Of a DNA stretch of 64,000 bases, positions 10,201 through 20,000 are shown piece after piece. The notes beneath the pieces are model-generated. The model saw only the letters and a list, made by a program, of their open reading frames with translations, had not been told where the DNA came from and did no database searches. Origin of the DNA: Candidatus Marinamargulisbacteria bacterium SCGC AG-343-D04 (lineage in GTDB: Bacteria; Margulisbacteria; Marinamargulisbacteria; GCA-2716485; GCA-002719695); assembly GCA_003265885.1 (NCBI GenBank), contig QFBQ01000004.1, positions 473 through 64,472 on the forward strand, read 5' to 3'. A program made the translations under genes and the position numbers. The number at the start of each line of letters is the position of its first letter. The first letter of the stretch is position 1.

Positions 10201-11166
10201 TTACTTCTTTTCGGAAACAAAAGACCCCATTTGTCTAAATTTATGATGTCTCTGCTCTACAATCTCATCTGTACTGAGTTTTAAAAATTGCTTCATATTA
10301 GCCAAGATAGTTTTTTTGATACTCACCGAGGTCTCTTCCCAATTATAATGGGCACCACCTAAAGGCTCTTTTATCACTTCATCTGCAACTCCCAAGTCAA
10401 CAACATCCTTCGCAGTAATTTTTAAGTTTTTAGTAGCTTTTTCAGATTGCTTCGCATCTCTAAATAAAATAGAAGCACATCCTTCAGGAGATATTACAGA
10501 ATATACAGAGTATTCCATCATAAACACCTTATTCGATACACCTATCGCTAAAGCTCCACCAGATCCACCCTCTCCAATCACAAAGGTAAGTATAGGTACC
10601 GTAATTTTAACCATTTCCCGTAAATTTCGTGCTATAGCTTCAGCCTGCCCCCGTTCTTCAGCCTCAATCCCAGGAAACGCCCCTGGTGTATCTATGAAAG
10701 TCACGATAGGAATTGAAAATTTTTCAGCCATTTTCATTAATCTCAATGCTTTTCTATATCCTTCAGGGTGAGGCATCCCAAAGTTTCTAAATATATTTTC
10801 TTTAGTATCATGCCCTTTTTGATGCCCTATAAACATGACCCTCTGCATCCCTATAACCCCTAGACCTCCAACAATAGAAGGATCATCTCGAAAAAGCCTA
10901 TCTCCATGCAACGGAATAAATTTGTCGCATATAAGCCTAATTAAGCTAGTTGAATCAGGTCTATTGATATGCCTCGCAATTTGAACAACCTGATGCGGGG
11001 ATAAATTACTATAAATATCTTTTTTTAATTTAACAGCACGATTCTCAATCGATTTAATTTCGCTATCTAGATCCATCTTTCCATCTTTAGAAAGCTCCTT
11101 TAACTGATCAATTTTGTCATAAAGATCTTTTAAGGGTTTTTCAAACTCTAATAGTTTAACACTCAT
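10201..11166 (-). CDS. accA: Acetyl-CoA carboxylase carboxyltransferase alpha
   Basis: LEFEKP, HGDR...DD, GMPHPEGYRKA, IDTPGAFPG, GEGGSGGALA. Confidence 0.98.
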   Translation of the reverse strand: MSVKLLEFEKPLKDLYDKIDQLKELSKDGKMDLDSEIKSIENRAVKLKKDIYSNLSPHQVVQIARHINRPDSTSLIRLICDKFIPLHGDRLFRDDPSIVGGLGVIGMQRVMFIGHQKGHDTKENIFRNFGMPHPEGYRKALRLMKMAEKFSIPIVTFIDTPGAFPGIEAEERGQAEAIARNLREMVKITVPILTFVIGEGGSGGALAIGVSNKVFMMEYSVYSVISPEGCASILFRDAKQSEKATKNLKITAKDVVDLGVADEVIKEPLGGAHYNWEETSVSIKKTILANMKQFLKLSTDEIVEQRHHKFRQMGSFVSEKK

Positions 11167-12029
11167 GATGACGAAACCTCCGGATACAGCATCATCAAAA
11201 GGTTATGCAGCATATCTTTAAGCTTCTTACGCTCTAACACCATATCCACCATCCCATGCTCTAATAAAAAATCAGATCTTTGAAAGCCTTTTGGTAATTT
11301 CTGCTTAATCGTTTGCTCGATTACTCTCGGTCCAGCAAAAGAAATTAACGCATTCGGTTCCGCAATATGAATATCTCCTAGCATCGCAAAACTCGCAGAC
11401 GTCCCTCCAGTAGTAGGGTCACATAAAACAGATATAAAAGGAATTTTAGCATCAGACAGTCTTGAAAGAGCCGCAGATGTTTTGGCCATCTGCATCAAAC
11501 TAACAATCCCCTCCTGCATTCGTGCACCGCCTGACATAGTAAACATAATCACAGGTTCCTTATGCTCTAAGGCATACTCAATCAAACGGGTTATTTTCTC
11601 CCCTACAACCGATCCCATCGACCCGCCCATAAAAGAAAAATCCATAATAGCAAGACTTACTTTACGCCCCTTTAAAGATGCAGTACCTGTAACAACTGCT
11701 TCATTTCTAGACGTCTTTTTCAGCGCTTTCTTTATCCTTTTTTCATAGGGTTCTGTATCCACAAACTTTAAAAAGTCCTGTGCTTGCAAATCTGCGTCTC
11801 TCTCTTCAAAAGAATTAGGATCAAAAAAGTATTTAATTCTCTGTTCAGGCAAAATTCTAAAATGATGATTACAATACGGGCATACCATAAGATTATGATC
11901 TAGATCTTTTTTAAAAACAATATTCCCACAGCTAGGACACTTTATCCAAAGATTCCCAGGAATATTTAGTTTATCCGTACTAACTACTTTATTTTTATTT
12001 TTTTTATCAAACCAGTCTAATATTGACAT
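11163..12029 (-). CDS. accD: Acetyl-CoA carboxylase carboxyltransferase beta
   Basis: WIKCPSC...CPYC zinc finger, FMGGSMGSVVGE, SGGARMQEG, FAGPRVIEQT. Start set at MSILDWF (12029) rather than the track start 12092. Confidence 0.97.
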   Translation of the reverse strand: MSILDWFDKKNKNKVVSTDKLNIPGNLWIKCPSCGNIVFKKDLDHNLMVCPYCNHHFRILPEQRIKYFFDPNSFEERDADLQAQDFLKFVDTEPYEKRIKKALKKTSRNEAVVTGTASLKGRKVSLAIMDFSFMGGSMGSVVGEKITRLIEYALEHKEPVIMFTMSGGARMQEGIVSLMQMAKTSAALSRLSDAKIPFISVLCDPTTGGTSASFAMLGDIHIAEPNALISFAGPRVIEQTIKQKLPKGFQRSDFLLEHGMVDMVLERKKLKDMLHNLLMMLYPEVSSS

Positions 12030-12128
12030 TATGAAAACTCTTTCTGTAAAATTACTTCTTGTAAGTTTAAAAAATAAAAGTGCATTAGTCAATTAAATCA
12101 AACTAGAAATGCAAAAACAGGAAAGAAA

Positions 12129-12500
12129 ATGGCAAATAAAAAAGCATCAAAAAAAGATATTTTAAAAAACAAAAGAAATCGCATTCGTAATGTTCACTTT
12201 AAATCCTTAATGAAATCATCTATCAAAAAAGCAATTGATTCCATCGAATCAAAGCAAGAGGGAAGAGAAAACCTAGTAAGAATCGCACTTAAACAAATAG
12301 ATAAAACTGTTTCAAAAGGTATCATTCATAAGAATTCTGCAGCAAGACTAAAATCATCTCTTGCAAAAAAAAATACCATTAATAAAAAAGAAAGCACAGC
12401 TAAAAAAGAAAGCACAGCTAAAAAAACAAGCACAGCTAAAAAAACAAGCACAGCAAAAAAAGCAAGTACAACTAAAAAAACAGTAAGCACCAAAAAGTAG
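12129..12500 (+). CDS. rpsT: 30S ribosomal protein S20 with a Lys/Ser/Thr/Ala-rich C-terminal tail
   Basis: MANKKASKK..., KGIIHKNSAARLKSSL; tail of about 38 aa of KKxSTA repeats. Confidence 0.95.
   Translation: MANKKASKKDILKNKRNRIRNVHFKSLMKSSIKKAIDSIESKQEGRENLVRIALKQIDKTVSKGIIHKNSAARLKSSLAKKNTINKKESTAKKESTAKKTSTAKKTSTAKKASTTKKTVSTKK
12384..12491 (+). repeat. 18-bp tandem repeat, 6 units, encoding KK(E/T/A)ST(A/T)
   Basis: aaaaaagaaagcacagct x2, aaaaaaacaagcacagc(t/a) x2, then two degenerate units. Confidence 0.93.
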
Positions 12501-12503
12501 AAT

Positions 12504-12929
12504 GTGAGACCATTCTTCGTCCTATACCTCACACTTTTTCTCTTTCTAAACTCTACACTGATTGCATCCGTTACTATGTGTATTAAAAACAACTGCATAG
12601 ATCTTGAAAATGCCAACACCCATGAAAAGAGAAAACAAGGCCTGATGCATAGACCATTTCTAAAAAAAAACGAAGGCATGTTATTTTCATTTGATACTGA
12701 AAAAATCATAGGCATTTGGATGAAAAACACTCTTATTCCTTTAGATATCATCTGGTTAAATAAAAATCTAAAAATTCAAAAAATAGTCAAGAATGCAATT
12801 CCTTTCGACTCAACGACACTCTACCATGTAAAACCTTCTCTATATGTCATAGAGATAAACGCTGGTCTATCCCAAGAACTAGGATTAACTATAGGACAAA
12901 CATTGCATTTGAAAAAACTATCCCGGTGA
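12504..12929 (+). CDS. DUF192 family protein
   Basis: QGLMHR, GMLFSF, WMKNTLIPLDIIW, VIEINAG. Confidence 0.92.
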   Translation: MRPFFVLYLTLFLFLNSTLIASVTMCIKNNCIDLENANTHEKRKQGLMHRPFLKKNEGMLFSFDTEKIIGIWMKNTLIPLDIIWLNKNLKIQKIVKNAIPFDSTTLYHVKPSLYVIEINAGLSQELGLTIGQTLHLKKLSR

Positions 12930-13553
12930 CCGGATAGGAAAATCATCATCCGAATTAAACTGCTGATTAAAATCTATAGTTTCACCTGTAGATTCATCTA
13001 TAGAAGGAGAAAACTCAACAGTCTTTCTTGAAGGATTAAATCCCTTTAAAGGCATTTTCATCTTAGAGTAAACCGTTGAAAATGATGTTCGTCCCGTAAT
13101 ATAAAACTGAAAGAGAGGGTCTATCCCTTCCTCACCTAATCCAAGATCCACCCCCACCAAAACAGAAGGCGAAAACCTGTGATCTACTCCTAACAAAAAT
13201 CGACTTCGATGCTGCCCCAATTCCAGAAAGCGTCCAAATCCAAAAGTAAAAAAATAATCAGACTTAATATATAACTTTGTTTTTAACTTATACGAATGTA
13301 TAGATATATTATCCAATAAAAATTTAATATCTAGATAATCAGAATATAGCCCCAAATAAAACTTATCCCACAGCACATAATCTAAACCCAGTTCAAACGT
13401 AAAATCAACAGAAGAAGACATATAGTCTATTGTTTTATCTATATAAAGGCCTTCAAAATCATCCTCAGGCTCCACCCTAGAAACATCATCTACCCCACAT
13501 ATATTTATAGTGACACAAAAAAGAAAAACAAGAAAAAACACCCCTTTTTTCAT
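12918..13553 (-). CDS. Hypothetical exported protein, possibly a beta-rich outer-membrane protein
   Basis: Signal-peptide-like N-terminus; alternating aromatic/hydrophobic strands; no recognised family. Confidence 0.6.
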   Translation of the reverse strand: MKKGVFFLVFLFCVTINICGVDDVSRVEPEDDFEGLYIDKTIDYMSSSVDFTFELGLDYVLWDKFYLGLYSDYLDIKFLLDNISIHSYKLKTKLYIKSDYFFTFGFGRFLELGQHRSRFLLGVDHRFSPSVLVGVDLGLGEEGIDPLFQFYITGRTSFSTVYSKMKMPLKGFNPSRKTVEFSPSIDESTGETIDFNQQFNSDDDFPIRSPG

Positions 13554-13555
13554 AT

Positions 13556-13933
13556 CTACCTTTGAGCCGCAATAACATCTATTTCAACCAAAAATCCCTT
13601 CGGTAGATTTTTAGTTGGAACAGCAGATCTCGCTGGCCTATGATCTCCAAAAAATTCAGCATAAACACTATTCACTTGAGCCCAAATAGAAATATCAGAA
13701 ATATATACTGTAGACTTTAGCACCAAGGATTTATCACTATTAGATGCTTCTAATACACTCTGAACATTTTTTAAGGTTTGTAACGCTTGCTCTTCCACAG
13801 TCTCTAGAAAACGCGAAGGATCTGCCACATCTATAGGCAACTGCCCCGAAACATACACTAACCCATTATGTACAATAGCCTGAGAATAATGACCCAATGG
13901 CTCTGCAGCCATATCTGTTGTAATAATATCCAT
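13556..13933 (-). CDS. Rid/RidA family enamine deaminase
   Basis: GHYSQAI, VSGQLP, NSVYAEFF..HRPARSAV, LVEIDVIA; ATG 13933 preceded by AGGAG. Confidence 0.95.
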   Translation of the reverse strand: MDIITTDMAAEPLGHYSQAIVHNGLVYVSGQLPIDVADPSRFLETVEEQALQTLKNVQSVLEASNSDKSLVLKSTVYISDISIWAQVNSVYAEFFGDHRPARSAVPTKNLPKGFLVEIDVIAAQR

Positions 13934-14030
13934 GAACAATGCTCCTAATAATTAATTATCTCAGTATACACTATTTCCAAAACCATGACTAATTATAGAC
14001 CTCATCAGAAAAACACTTTATAGTATTAAA

Positions 14031-14543
14031 ATGAGCCTAAAATACAAACGAATAACACTCATTGGAATGTCTGGTGTAGGAAAAACAACATTCGGAAAAG
14101 AACTTGCGAAACAAGAATCCTATACCTTTATAGATACAGATCTTTTGATAGAAAAACAACTCCATTCTAAAATTAAACCCTATATTAAAAAATATGGTGA
14201 AAAAAATTTTAAAGCACTAGAAGAAAATACCATTTTAAACTTACCCATCGATGAACATACCATCATCTCCACTGGCGGCAGCGTTATTTATTCCGAAAAT
14301 GCCATGAATTACTTAAAAAAAGAGTCCACCATAGTCTATCTCAAAGACTCCCTTAAAAATATTAAAAATAGAATCAAAGATTTTAATAAACGAGGTCTCA
14401 TTATGGGAAATCACGACTCTCTTGAAAGTCTCTATAACGAACGAAGAAAATATTATGAAAACTACGCAGATATCACCATAAATTATCCTGATTTCTTTTC
14501 TATTTCAAAGATTTTACATACAATTACCTCACATCTATCATGA
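14031..14543 (+). CDS. aroK: Shikimate kinase
   Basis: LIGMSGVGKTT, DTD, ISTGGS, RGL lid, ERRKYY. Confidence 0.92.
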   Translation: MSLKYKRITLIGMSGVGKTTFGKELAKQESYTFIDTDLLIEKQLHSKIKPYIKKYGEKNFKALEENTILNLPIDEHTIISTGGSVIYSENAMNYLKKESTIVYLKDSLKNIKNRIKDFNKRGLIMGNHDSLESLYNERRKYYENYADITINYPDFFSISKILHTITSHLS

Positions 14544-15364
14544 CACAACATAAAACCTTAACACATCCAGGTTCTCTATCTGGAATAGGCATACACTCCG
14601 GAAACAAGGTATGTCTAGAGTTTTCTCCCTCAAAGGAAGAAGGGATAACATTTAAACAAAAACAAAATCCCCAAAAAAAACTCACTGTCAGCCCTAAAAC
14701 ATCACACTCCGAACATAATAGAGCAACCTGTCTCAAAAACTCATCCATGACCATTTCAACCCCCGAACACCTCCTATCCGCTTGCGCAGGCCTAGGATTA
14801 ACCCATCTATCCATTACCATAGACCAAGAAGAAATCCCCATTTTAGATGGAAGCGCAAAGCCATTCATAGACCTCTTTACGTCACTTGGAATAACAGCAT
14901 TACCTTCAACAGTAGCCCCTATTATCATTAAGGAACCCATACACCTCTACGAACATGACCAAGCTATTATAGTCACGCCCTCGTCAGCACCTATATTTAG
15001 CTATTTTTTGCATTACCCTCATCCCGTCATTAATACTCAATGTATTTCACTAGAGTTTACACAATCGTCTTATATCTCATCTATTTCTGAAGCTCGAACC
15101 TTTGGATTTGAAGAAGAAATTCAACACTTAATTAAAAATGGCCTCGCAAAAGGCGGTTCTCTTGATAACGCATTAGTCATAGGTGATACTGACTATATAA
15201 ACCCGCCTAGATTTCCAGACGAATGTGCCAGGCACAAACTATTAGACCTTATCGGTGACTGCTGGATTTTAAATAGACCTATTCATGGACATATCACAGG
15301 AATAAAGTCAGGACATTCTTTAAACAATGCATTGGTAAAACATCTGACAAAAATCCTAGCTTAA
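14540..15364 (+). CDS. lpxC: UDP-3-O-acyl-GlcNAc deacetylase
   Basis: GIGIHSG, TPEHLLSA, EIPILDGSA, ARTFGF, GGSLDNALV, HKLLDLIGD. Confidence 0.97.
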   Translation: MTQHKTLTHPGSLSGIGIHSGNKVCLEFSPSKEEGITFKQKQNPQKKLTVSPKTSHSEHNRATCLKNSSMTISTPEHLLSACAGLGLTHLSITIDQEEIPILDGSAKPFIDLFTSLGITALPSTVAPIIIKEPIHLYEHDQAIIVTPSSAPIFSYFLHYPHPVINTQCISLEFTQSSYISSISEARTFGFEEEIQHLIKNGLAKGGSLDNALVIGDTDYINPPRFPDECARHKLLDLIGDCWILNRPIHGHITGIKSGHSLNNALVKHLTKILA

Positions 15365-15383
15365 AACAAAAATCTTCACATAC

Positions 15384-15692
15384 TTAAAGCCCCAAAGATC
15401 GTCTCTCTAGCTCTCTAATCTTTCTCAGCTTCTTTTTCAGCTCTTTTATTGTTTGAATAACCGACTCCTCTTCATCATCATCCTGTTCCTTTGAAGATAC
15501 TTTTTTTCGCTTGGCCTTCATTAACGACTGTTTATGAGACTCATCTGCTGCATGAACCGTACTTCCCGAATGATGACCTAGCTTTGAAACAAGCTCCGCC
15601 TTAAAGGAAACATCAGAATCTGCTTTTTGAAAGATCTGCTTTTTGACATCTTTATTTTGATTTAAATTAAACTGTGTACTTAAATCAACCAT
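15384..15692 (-). CDS. Hypothetical protein, 102 aa
   Basis: GGGGGG RBS before ATG; acidic patch and C-terminal coiled coil. Confidence 0.7.
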   Translation of the reverse strand: MVDLSTQFNLNQNKDVKKQIFQKADSDVSFKAELVSKLGHHSGSTVHAADESHKQSLMKAKRKKVSSKEQDDDEEESVIQTIKELKKKLRKIRELERRSLGL

Positions 15693-15704
15693 AATCCCCC
15701 CTAA

Positions 15705-15848
15705 TTAAAGTTCCGTATCCTCATCCTCAAAAACATCATCAAGCTCTTTTAATAAATCTGGGTTAATATCTCCTACTACTTCTTTGGCCTTATCTAAAAG
15801 TTCCTCAGATGGTCTTTTTTTAAAAAAATCTAAATTCAAATCTGACAT
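15705..15848 (-). CDS. Small acidic hypothetical protein, 47 aa (absent from the ORF track)
   Basis: My translation: MSDLNLDFFKKRPSEELLDKAKEVVGDINPDLLKELDDVFEDEDTEL*; fills the gap between same-strand neighbours. Confidence 0.7.
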   Translation of the reverse strand: MSDLNLDFFKKRPSEELLDKAKEVVGDINPDLLKELDDVFEDEDTEL

Positions 15849-15854
15849 AACTTA

Positions 15855-16178
15855 TTACCCCTTTTTGATTTTTTTAATCGTAGCCAAAACCTCTTTTTTT
15901 AAATTAGCATCCTTTAATAATTTTTCTTTTAATTCTTGCACCATCTTAATATCATCTTTCCCCATTTTGGGCCCAATTATGCCTTCTAATTTTAAAACCA
16001 ACATAATATGAGTCACCAACTCCTCCCCAACATGCCCGCCAAGTTGAGGAAAGACCTTTTTTAAAACAGTTTCTAATTGAATATTTTTTTCAATTTGAGA
16101 AGGAGAAAACAAGGATGTTCTTTTATTAGAACCCTTTGATTGATTATCTTGCTTACCTTTACTATCTAGTTTTGCCAT
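15855..16178 (-). CDS. Hypothetical protein, 107 aa
   Basis: Same-strand tight spacing within the serS-ArsR run; no family recognised. Confidence 0.7.
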   Translation of the reverse strand: MAKLDSKGKQDNQSKGSNKRTSLFSPSQIEKNIQLETVLKKVFPQLGGHVGEELVTHIMLVLKLEGIIGPKMGKDDIKMVQELKEKLLKDANLKKEVLATIKKIKKG

Positions 16179-16211
16179 CTATAAACAGATAAACGTAAAA
16201 AATAAAAACTA

Positions 16212-16499
16212 TCATGCACCTGATTTTGGTACCATTTGTCCAAAAGCATCCCAAATAAGATTAAACGAATCAAAATCAATTGAATAAAATACTTTTCTAC
16301 CCTCTTTTCTAGATTTAGCAATTCCTGCTTTTTTTAACATATTCAAATGATGAGACGTCGTGGACTGCTCAAGGTAAAATCGTTTCTCAATATCCTGAGC
16401 AAACATTTCCTTATTCTTCTGTAATAAAGAAATAATCTCTAGGCGCTCTTCATTAGCTAGAGCTTTAAAAAGTTTTATAAATTTTTCGTTATCTTGCAT
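16212..16499 (-). CDS. ArsR/SmtB family transcriptional regulator
   Basis: FKALANEERLEII, QSTTSHHLNMLKKAGI, RKEGRKVFYS. Confidence 0.93.
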   Translation of the reverse strand: MQDNEKFIKLFKALANEERLEIISLLQKNKEMFAQDIEKRFYLEQSTTSHHLNMLKKAGIAKSRKEGRKVFYSIDFDSFNLIWDAFGQMVPKSGA

Positions 16500-17743
16500 A
16501 TTCTTTCAAACCTTACATACTCTTTCAAAACATCAGGAACTTCAATAGACCCATCTACATCTTGATAATGTTCCATTATCGCCGCTAAAGTCCTGCCTAC
16601 AGCAAGACCCGATCCATTTAAAGTATGTACAAAACTAGCTTTACCAGTATCTTTACCTTTATATCTTATCATAGCTCTTCTAGATTGAAAATCAAGAAAG
16701 TTAGAACACGATGAAATCTCCCTATACCTATTCTGAGACGGAAACCATACCTCAAGATCTACCGTTCGAGCCGAACCAAAACCCAAATCTCCAACACATA
16801 ACTCCACCACTCTATAAGGAAGCTTTAATTTCTTTAAAATAGACTCCGCATGCCCCAATAACATCTGCCACTCTTCCATAGAGCGCTCTGGATGAACAAT
16901 TTTAACTAATTCCACCTTATTAAATTGATGTAAACGAATAAGCCCTTTCATATCCTTACCATAAGAGCCCGCTTCTTTACGAAAACACGATGTATACCCA
17001 GTAACACTGATTGGCAAATCTTCTTCAGCTAACACTTTCCCCTGAAAAAGGTTAGTCAACTGAACCTCTGCTGTTGGAGATAAATAGTAATCCGTATCCT
17101 CTAACTTAAACAAATCATCCGAAAACTTTGGAAGCTGTCCCGTTCCCTGTAAAGCTCTTGAATTAACAATGGAAGAAGGTAACACTTCTTCATACCCATG
17201 ATTCAACGTATGTTCATCTAGCATAAACCCAATTAAAGCACGTTCTAACGCAGCGCCTTTACCTCGCAAATTAACAAACCTAGACCCTGTAACAGTAGCC
17301 GCCGTATCAAAATCCAACATTCCACACTGAACTCCCAACTCATCATGAGACAATGGAGAAAAGTCGAAAGATGGAAGAACACCCTCTTTTCTAATTTCAA
17401 CATTATGATCTTCTGTATCTCCCTCTGGAACTACGTCACAAGACATATTTGGAAACTGAAGAGCTAAGGCTTTCAATGATTCTTCCAAAGGAAGTAAACT
17501 ATCCTGCTTTTTCTTAACAGATTCTGCTAATTCTTTAAGCTGACTCAACTGCTCCTGGCTAGGCTTTCCTTTGGGTGTTAATGCATTTCTTTTCTCTTTT
17601 AATTGCTCTACTTCTATCAACGCATCACGCCATTTTCTATCCAAATCAACATAGTCATTAAATAAAGTCTGATCCACCCCTCTCAACTTTAATTTATTAA
17701 AAACCTCTTCAGGATTTTCACGTATTTTCTTTATATCAAGCAT
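16475..17743 (-). CDS. serS: Serine--tRNA ligase
   Basis: MLDIKKIRENPE, GTGQLPKF, PTAEV, FRKEAGSYG, RLHQFNKVE, HTLNGSGLAVGR. Confidence 0.98.
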   Translation of the reverse strand: MLDIKKIRENPEEVFNKLKLRGVDQTLFNDYVDLDRKWRDALIEVEQLKEKRNALTPKGKPSQEQLSQLKELAESVKKKQDSLLPLEESLKALALQFPNMSCDVVPEGDTEDHNVEIRKEGVLPSFDFSPLSHDELGVQCGMLDFDTAATVTGSRFVNLRGKGAALERALIGFMLDEHTLNHGYEEVLPSSIVNSRALQGTGQLPKFSDDLFKLEDTDYYLSPTAEVQLTNLFQGKVLAEEDLPISVTGYTSCFRKEAGSYGKDMKGLIRLHQFNKVELVKIVHPERSMEEWQMLLGHAESILKKLKLPYRVVELCVGDLGFGSARTVDLEVWFPSQNRYREISSCSNFLDFQSRRAMIRYKGKDTGKASFVHTLNGSGLAVGRTLAAIMEHYQDVDGSIEVPDVLKEYVRFERICKITKNL

Positions 17744-18587
17744 AAATAGCCCCCTCTTTATATGAACCTAAAAATTTATAAAACGAACTATTTGAAGCAA
17801 TCTTTTCTAAACATTCCTTCAACACAGTCTCTTCATAATGGCCCATACAATCTATATAAAAAAGATAATCTCCCATCATTTTTTTTGACGGACGAGACGT
17901 AATCCTCGTCAAATTAATACCTCGAGATGACATCTCCTGCAAAATATTACATAAACTACCCGGCTGGTCTTTAAACGTTGAAAAAATAAATGACGTTTTA
18001 TCCTGACCCGTTGGCTCTGTTTTCTCATTCGATAACATCACGAAACGAGTCTCATTATCTTCATAATCATTCACCTTCTCTTTTAAAACCTCTAAATCAT
18101 AAAGTTTCGTTAACTTTTTAGGCCCTATACATGCGCTAGAAGATTTCTCCTTTAAATCTAGCAACGATTGAGCAGCAACCGCATTAGACGAACAAGAATG
18201 AAAAGACGCTTGTGGATACTGACTTTTCAAAAAAGACCGACACTGCATTAACGACTGTTCATGAGAATAAATATCAGAAATATCCCCGACATCTACACCT
18301 TTAACAACCATCAGCGACTGAACAATCTTCATTTGTATCTCCGCCGTAATAGAAACATGCTCCTGAATATGAACTAGTTCCTCTAAAACAGACACAACTT
18401 CTCCCCCTAAAGAGTTTTCAATAGGGATAAATAAATATTGAATATCTCCAGAAAACAATGCTAAAAAACAATCAGAAAAAGTTGAAAAAGGCTTTTTAGA
18501 CACTGACATCCCTATATTATCCAGATACGTATCTAAAGCAATATCTGTAAACGTTCCTGCTGGGCCTAAAAAACCTACTACAGACAT
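17736..18587 (-). CDS. pheA: Prephenate dehydratase (PDT + ACT)
   Basis: FLGPAGTFT, PIENS, SHEQSLMQC, NETRF, PGSL, SRPS, DYLFYID. Confidence 0.95.
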   Translation of the reverse strand: MSVVGFLGPAGTFTDIALDTYLDNIGMSVSKKPFSTFSDCFLALFSGDIQYLFIPIENSLGGEVVSVLEELVHIQEHVSITAEIQMKIVQSLMVVKGVDVGDISDIYSHEQSLMQCRSFLKSQYPQASFHSCSSNAVAAQSLLDLKEKSSSACIGPKKLTKLYDLEVLKEKVNDYEDNETRFVMLSNEKTEPTGQDKTSFIFSTFKDQPGSLCNILQEMSSRGINLTRITSRPSKKMMGDYLFYIDCMGHYEETVLKECLEKIASNSSFYKFLGSYKEGAIYA

Positions 18588-19873
18588 TAGACTAAATGAT
18601 CTAACTCCGGATACAACGGAAATTGGTTTGTTAAAGATTGAACTCTCTTCTTAACATCATTCATCACAGCTTCGTCTTCCAAATTAGAAAGGATATCTGA
18701 AATCATCTGAGCAATCATATCCATCTCTCTTTCTTTCATCCCTCGCGTCGTCACTGAAGGAGTTCCAATACGAATACCTGATGTCACAAATGGGCTCTCT
18801 GTATCAAATGGAATAGCATTTTTATTCACTGTAATATTAACAGCATCTAAAGCCTTATCTGCTTGTTTTCCTGTAATACCTTTTGACGTTAAATCAACCG
18901 ATAACAAATGATTATTTGTACCCCCAGAAACTATCCTAAATCCGTTATCCGTCAACGTTTGACTAACCACCTTGGCATTCGCAACAACCTGCTCTTGATA
19001 TGTAATAAACTCATCTGTCATTGCCTGCTTAAACGCAACAGCCTTAGCAGATATGACATGCATTAAAGGACCTCCCTGAATACCAGGAAAAACAGCTCTA
19101 TTAATTTTTTTAGATAACTCCTCATCATTACACAAAATAAGCCCCCCTCTAGGGCCTCTTAATGTTTTATGAGTTGTTGTCGTTACAACATCTGCATATG
19201 GAACTGGACTAGGATGTAGATTAGCCGCAACTAACCCTGCAATATGTGCCATATCTACCAAAAAGTAGGCCCCAACCTCTTTCGCAATTTGGCCTACTCG
19301 TTCAAAATCAATAATACGAGAATACGCCGACGCCCCTGCAATAATTAATTTTGGCTTTTTCTCCTTAGCAACAGCTTCCATCTCTTCATAATTAATACGT
19401 TCTTTTTCCTTATCTACACCATAAGAAATAACATCAAAATACTTTCCTGACATATTAACCGGAGATCCATGAGTTAAGTGACCTCCATGAGCCAAATCCA
19501 TCCCCATTATTGTATCTCCAGGATTCAATAAAGCCAAAAATACAGCTGTATTTGCCTGTGCCCCAGAATGTGGCTGAACATTTGCAAATTTAGCGCCAAA
19601 AAGCTCTTTTGCTCGATCTATAGCTAAGTTCTCTACAACATCTACATACTCACATCCCCCATAAAAACGCTTTCCAGGTAACCCTTCCGCATATTTATTC
19701 GTTAAACAAGACCCTTGAGCCTGCATAACTGCCAAAGAAGTAAAATTCTCTGATGCAATGAGCTCTATATTATTTTGTTGGCGTCTTAACTCTTCAATAA
19801 TCAGTTTATATACATCTGGATCTTCACTTTTTACTTGGTCTAAATTAGTTATCGTCTTTAAATCTATAGTCAT
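18587..19873 (-). CDS. glyA: Serine hydroxymethyltransferase
   Basis: [39 protein letters not shown]. Confidence 0.98.
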   Translation of the reverse strand: MTIDLKTITNLDQVKSEDPDVYKLIIEELRRQQNNIELIASENFTSLAVMQAQGSCLTNKYAEGLPGKRFYGGCEYVDVVENLAIDRAKELFGAKFANVQPHSGAQANTAVFLALLNPGDTIMGMDLAHGGHLTHGSPVNMSGKYFDVISYGVDKEKERINYEEMEAVAKEKKPKLIIAGASAYSRIIDFERVGQIAKEVGAYFLVDMAHIAGLVAANLHPSPVPYADVVTTTTHKTLRGPRGGLILCNDEELSKKINRAVFPGIQGGPLMHVISAKAVAFKQAMTDEFITYQEQVVANAKVVSQTLTDNGFRIVSGGTNNHLLSVDLTSKGITGKQADKALDAVNITVNKNAIPFDTESPFVTSGIRIGTPSVTTRGMKEREMDMIAQMISDILSNLEDEAVMNDVKKRVQSLTNQFPLYPELDHLV

Positions 19874-20000
19874 AATTTGCCTCTCTTAATGTAATGCTGA
19901 ACTATTATACTATCATTTTCACCATACTAGCTCAACTAAACCCCGTCTCCTCCCCTTCTCCTTTTGAAAAAGAAAAAAGTCCAGTATGATATAAAAACAC

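Noticed and set aside
16475-16499. 25-bp serS/ArsR overlap as a frameshift
   Set aside because: Both proteins appear complete; this is an ordinary overlap.
19874-20000. T-box leader for trpS
   Set aside because: The region is too short and lacks the T-box antiterminator motif.
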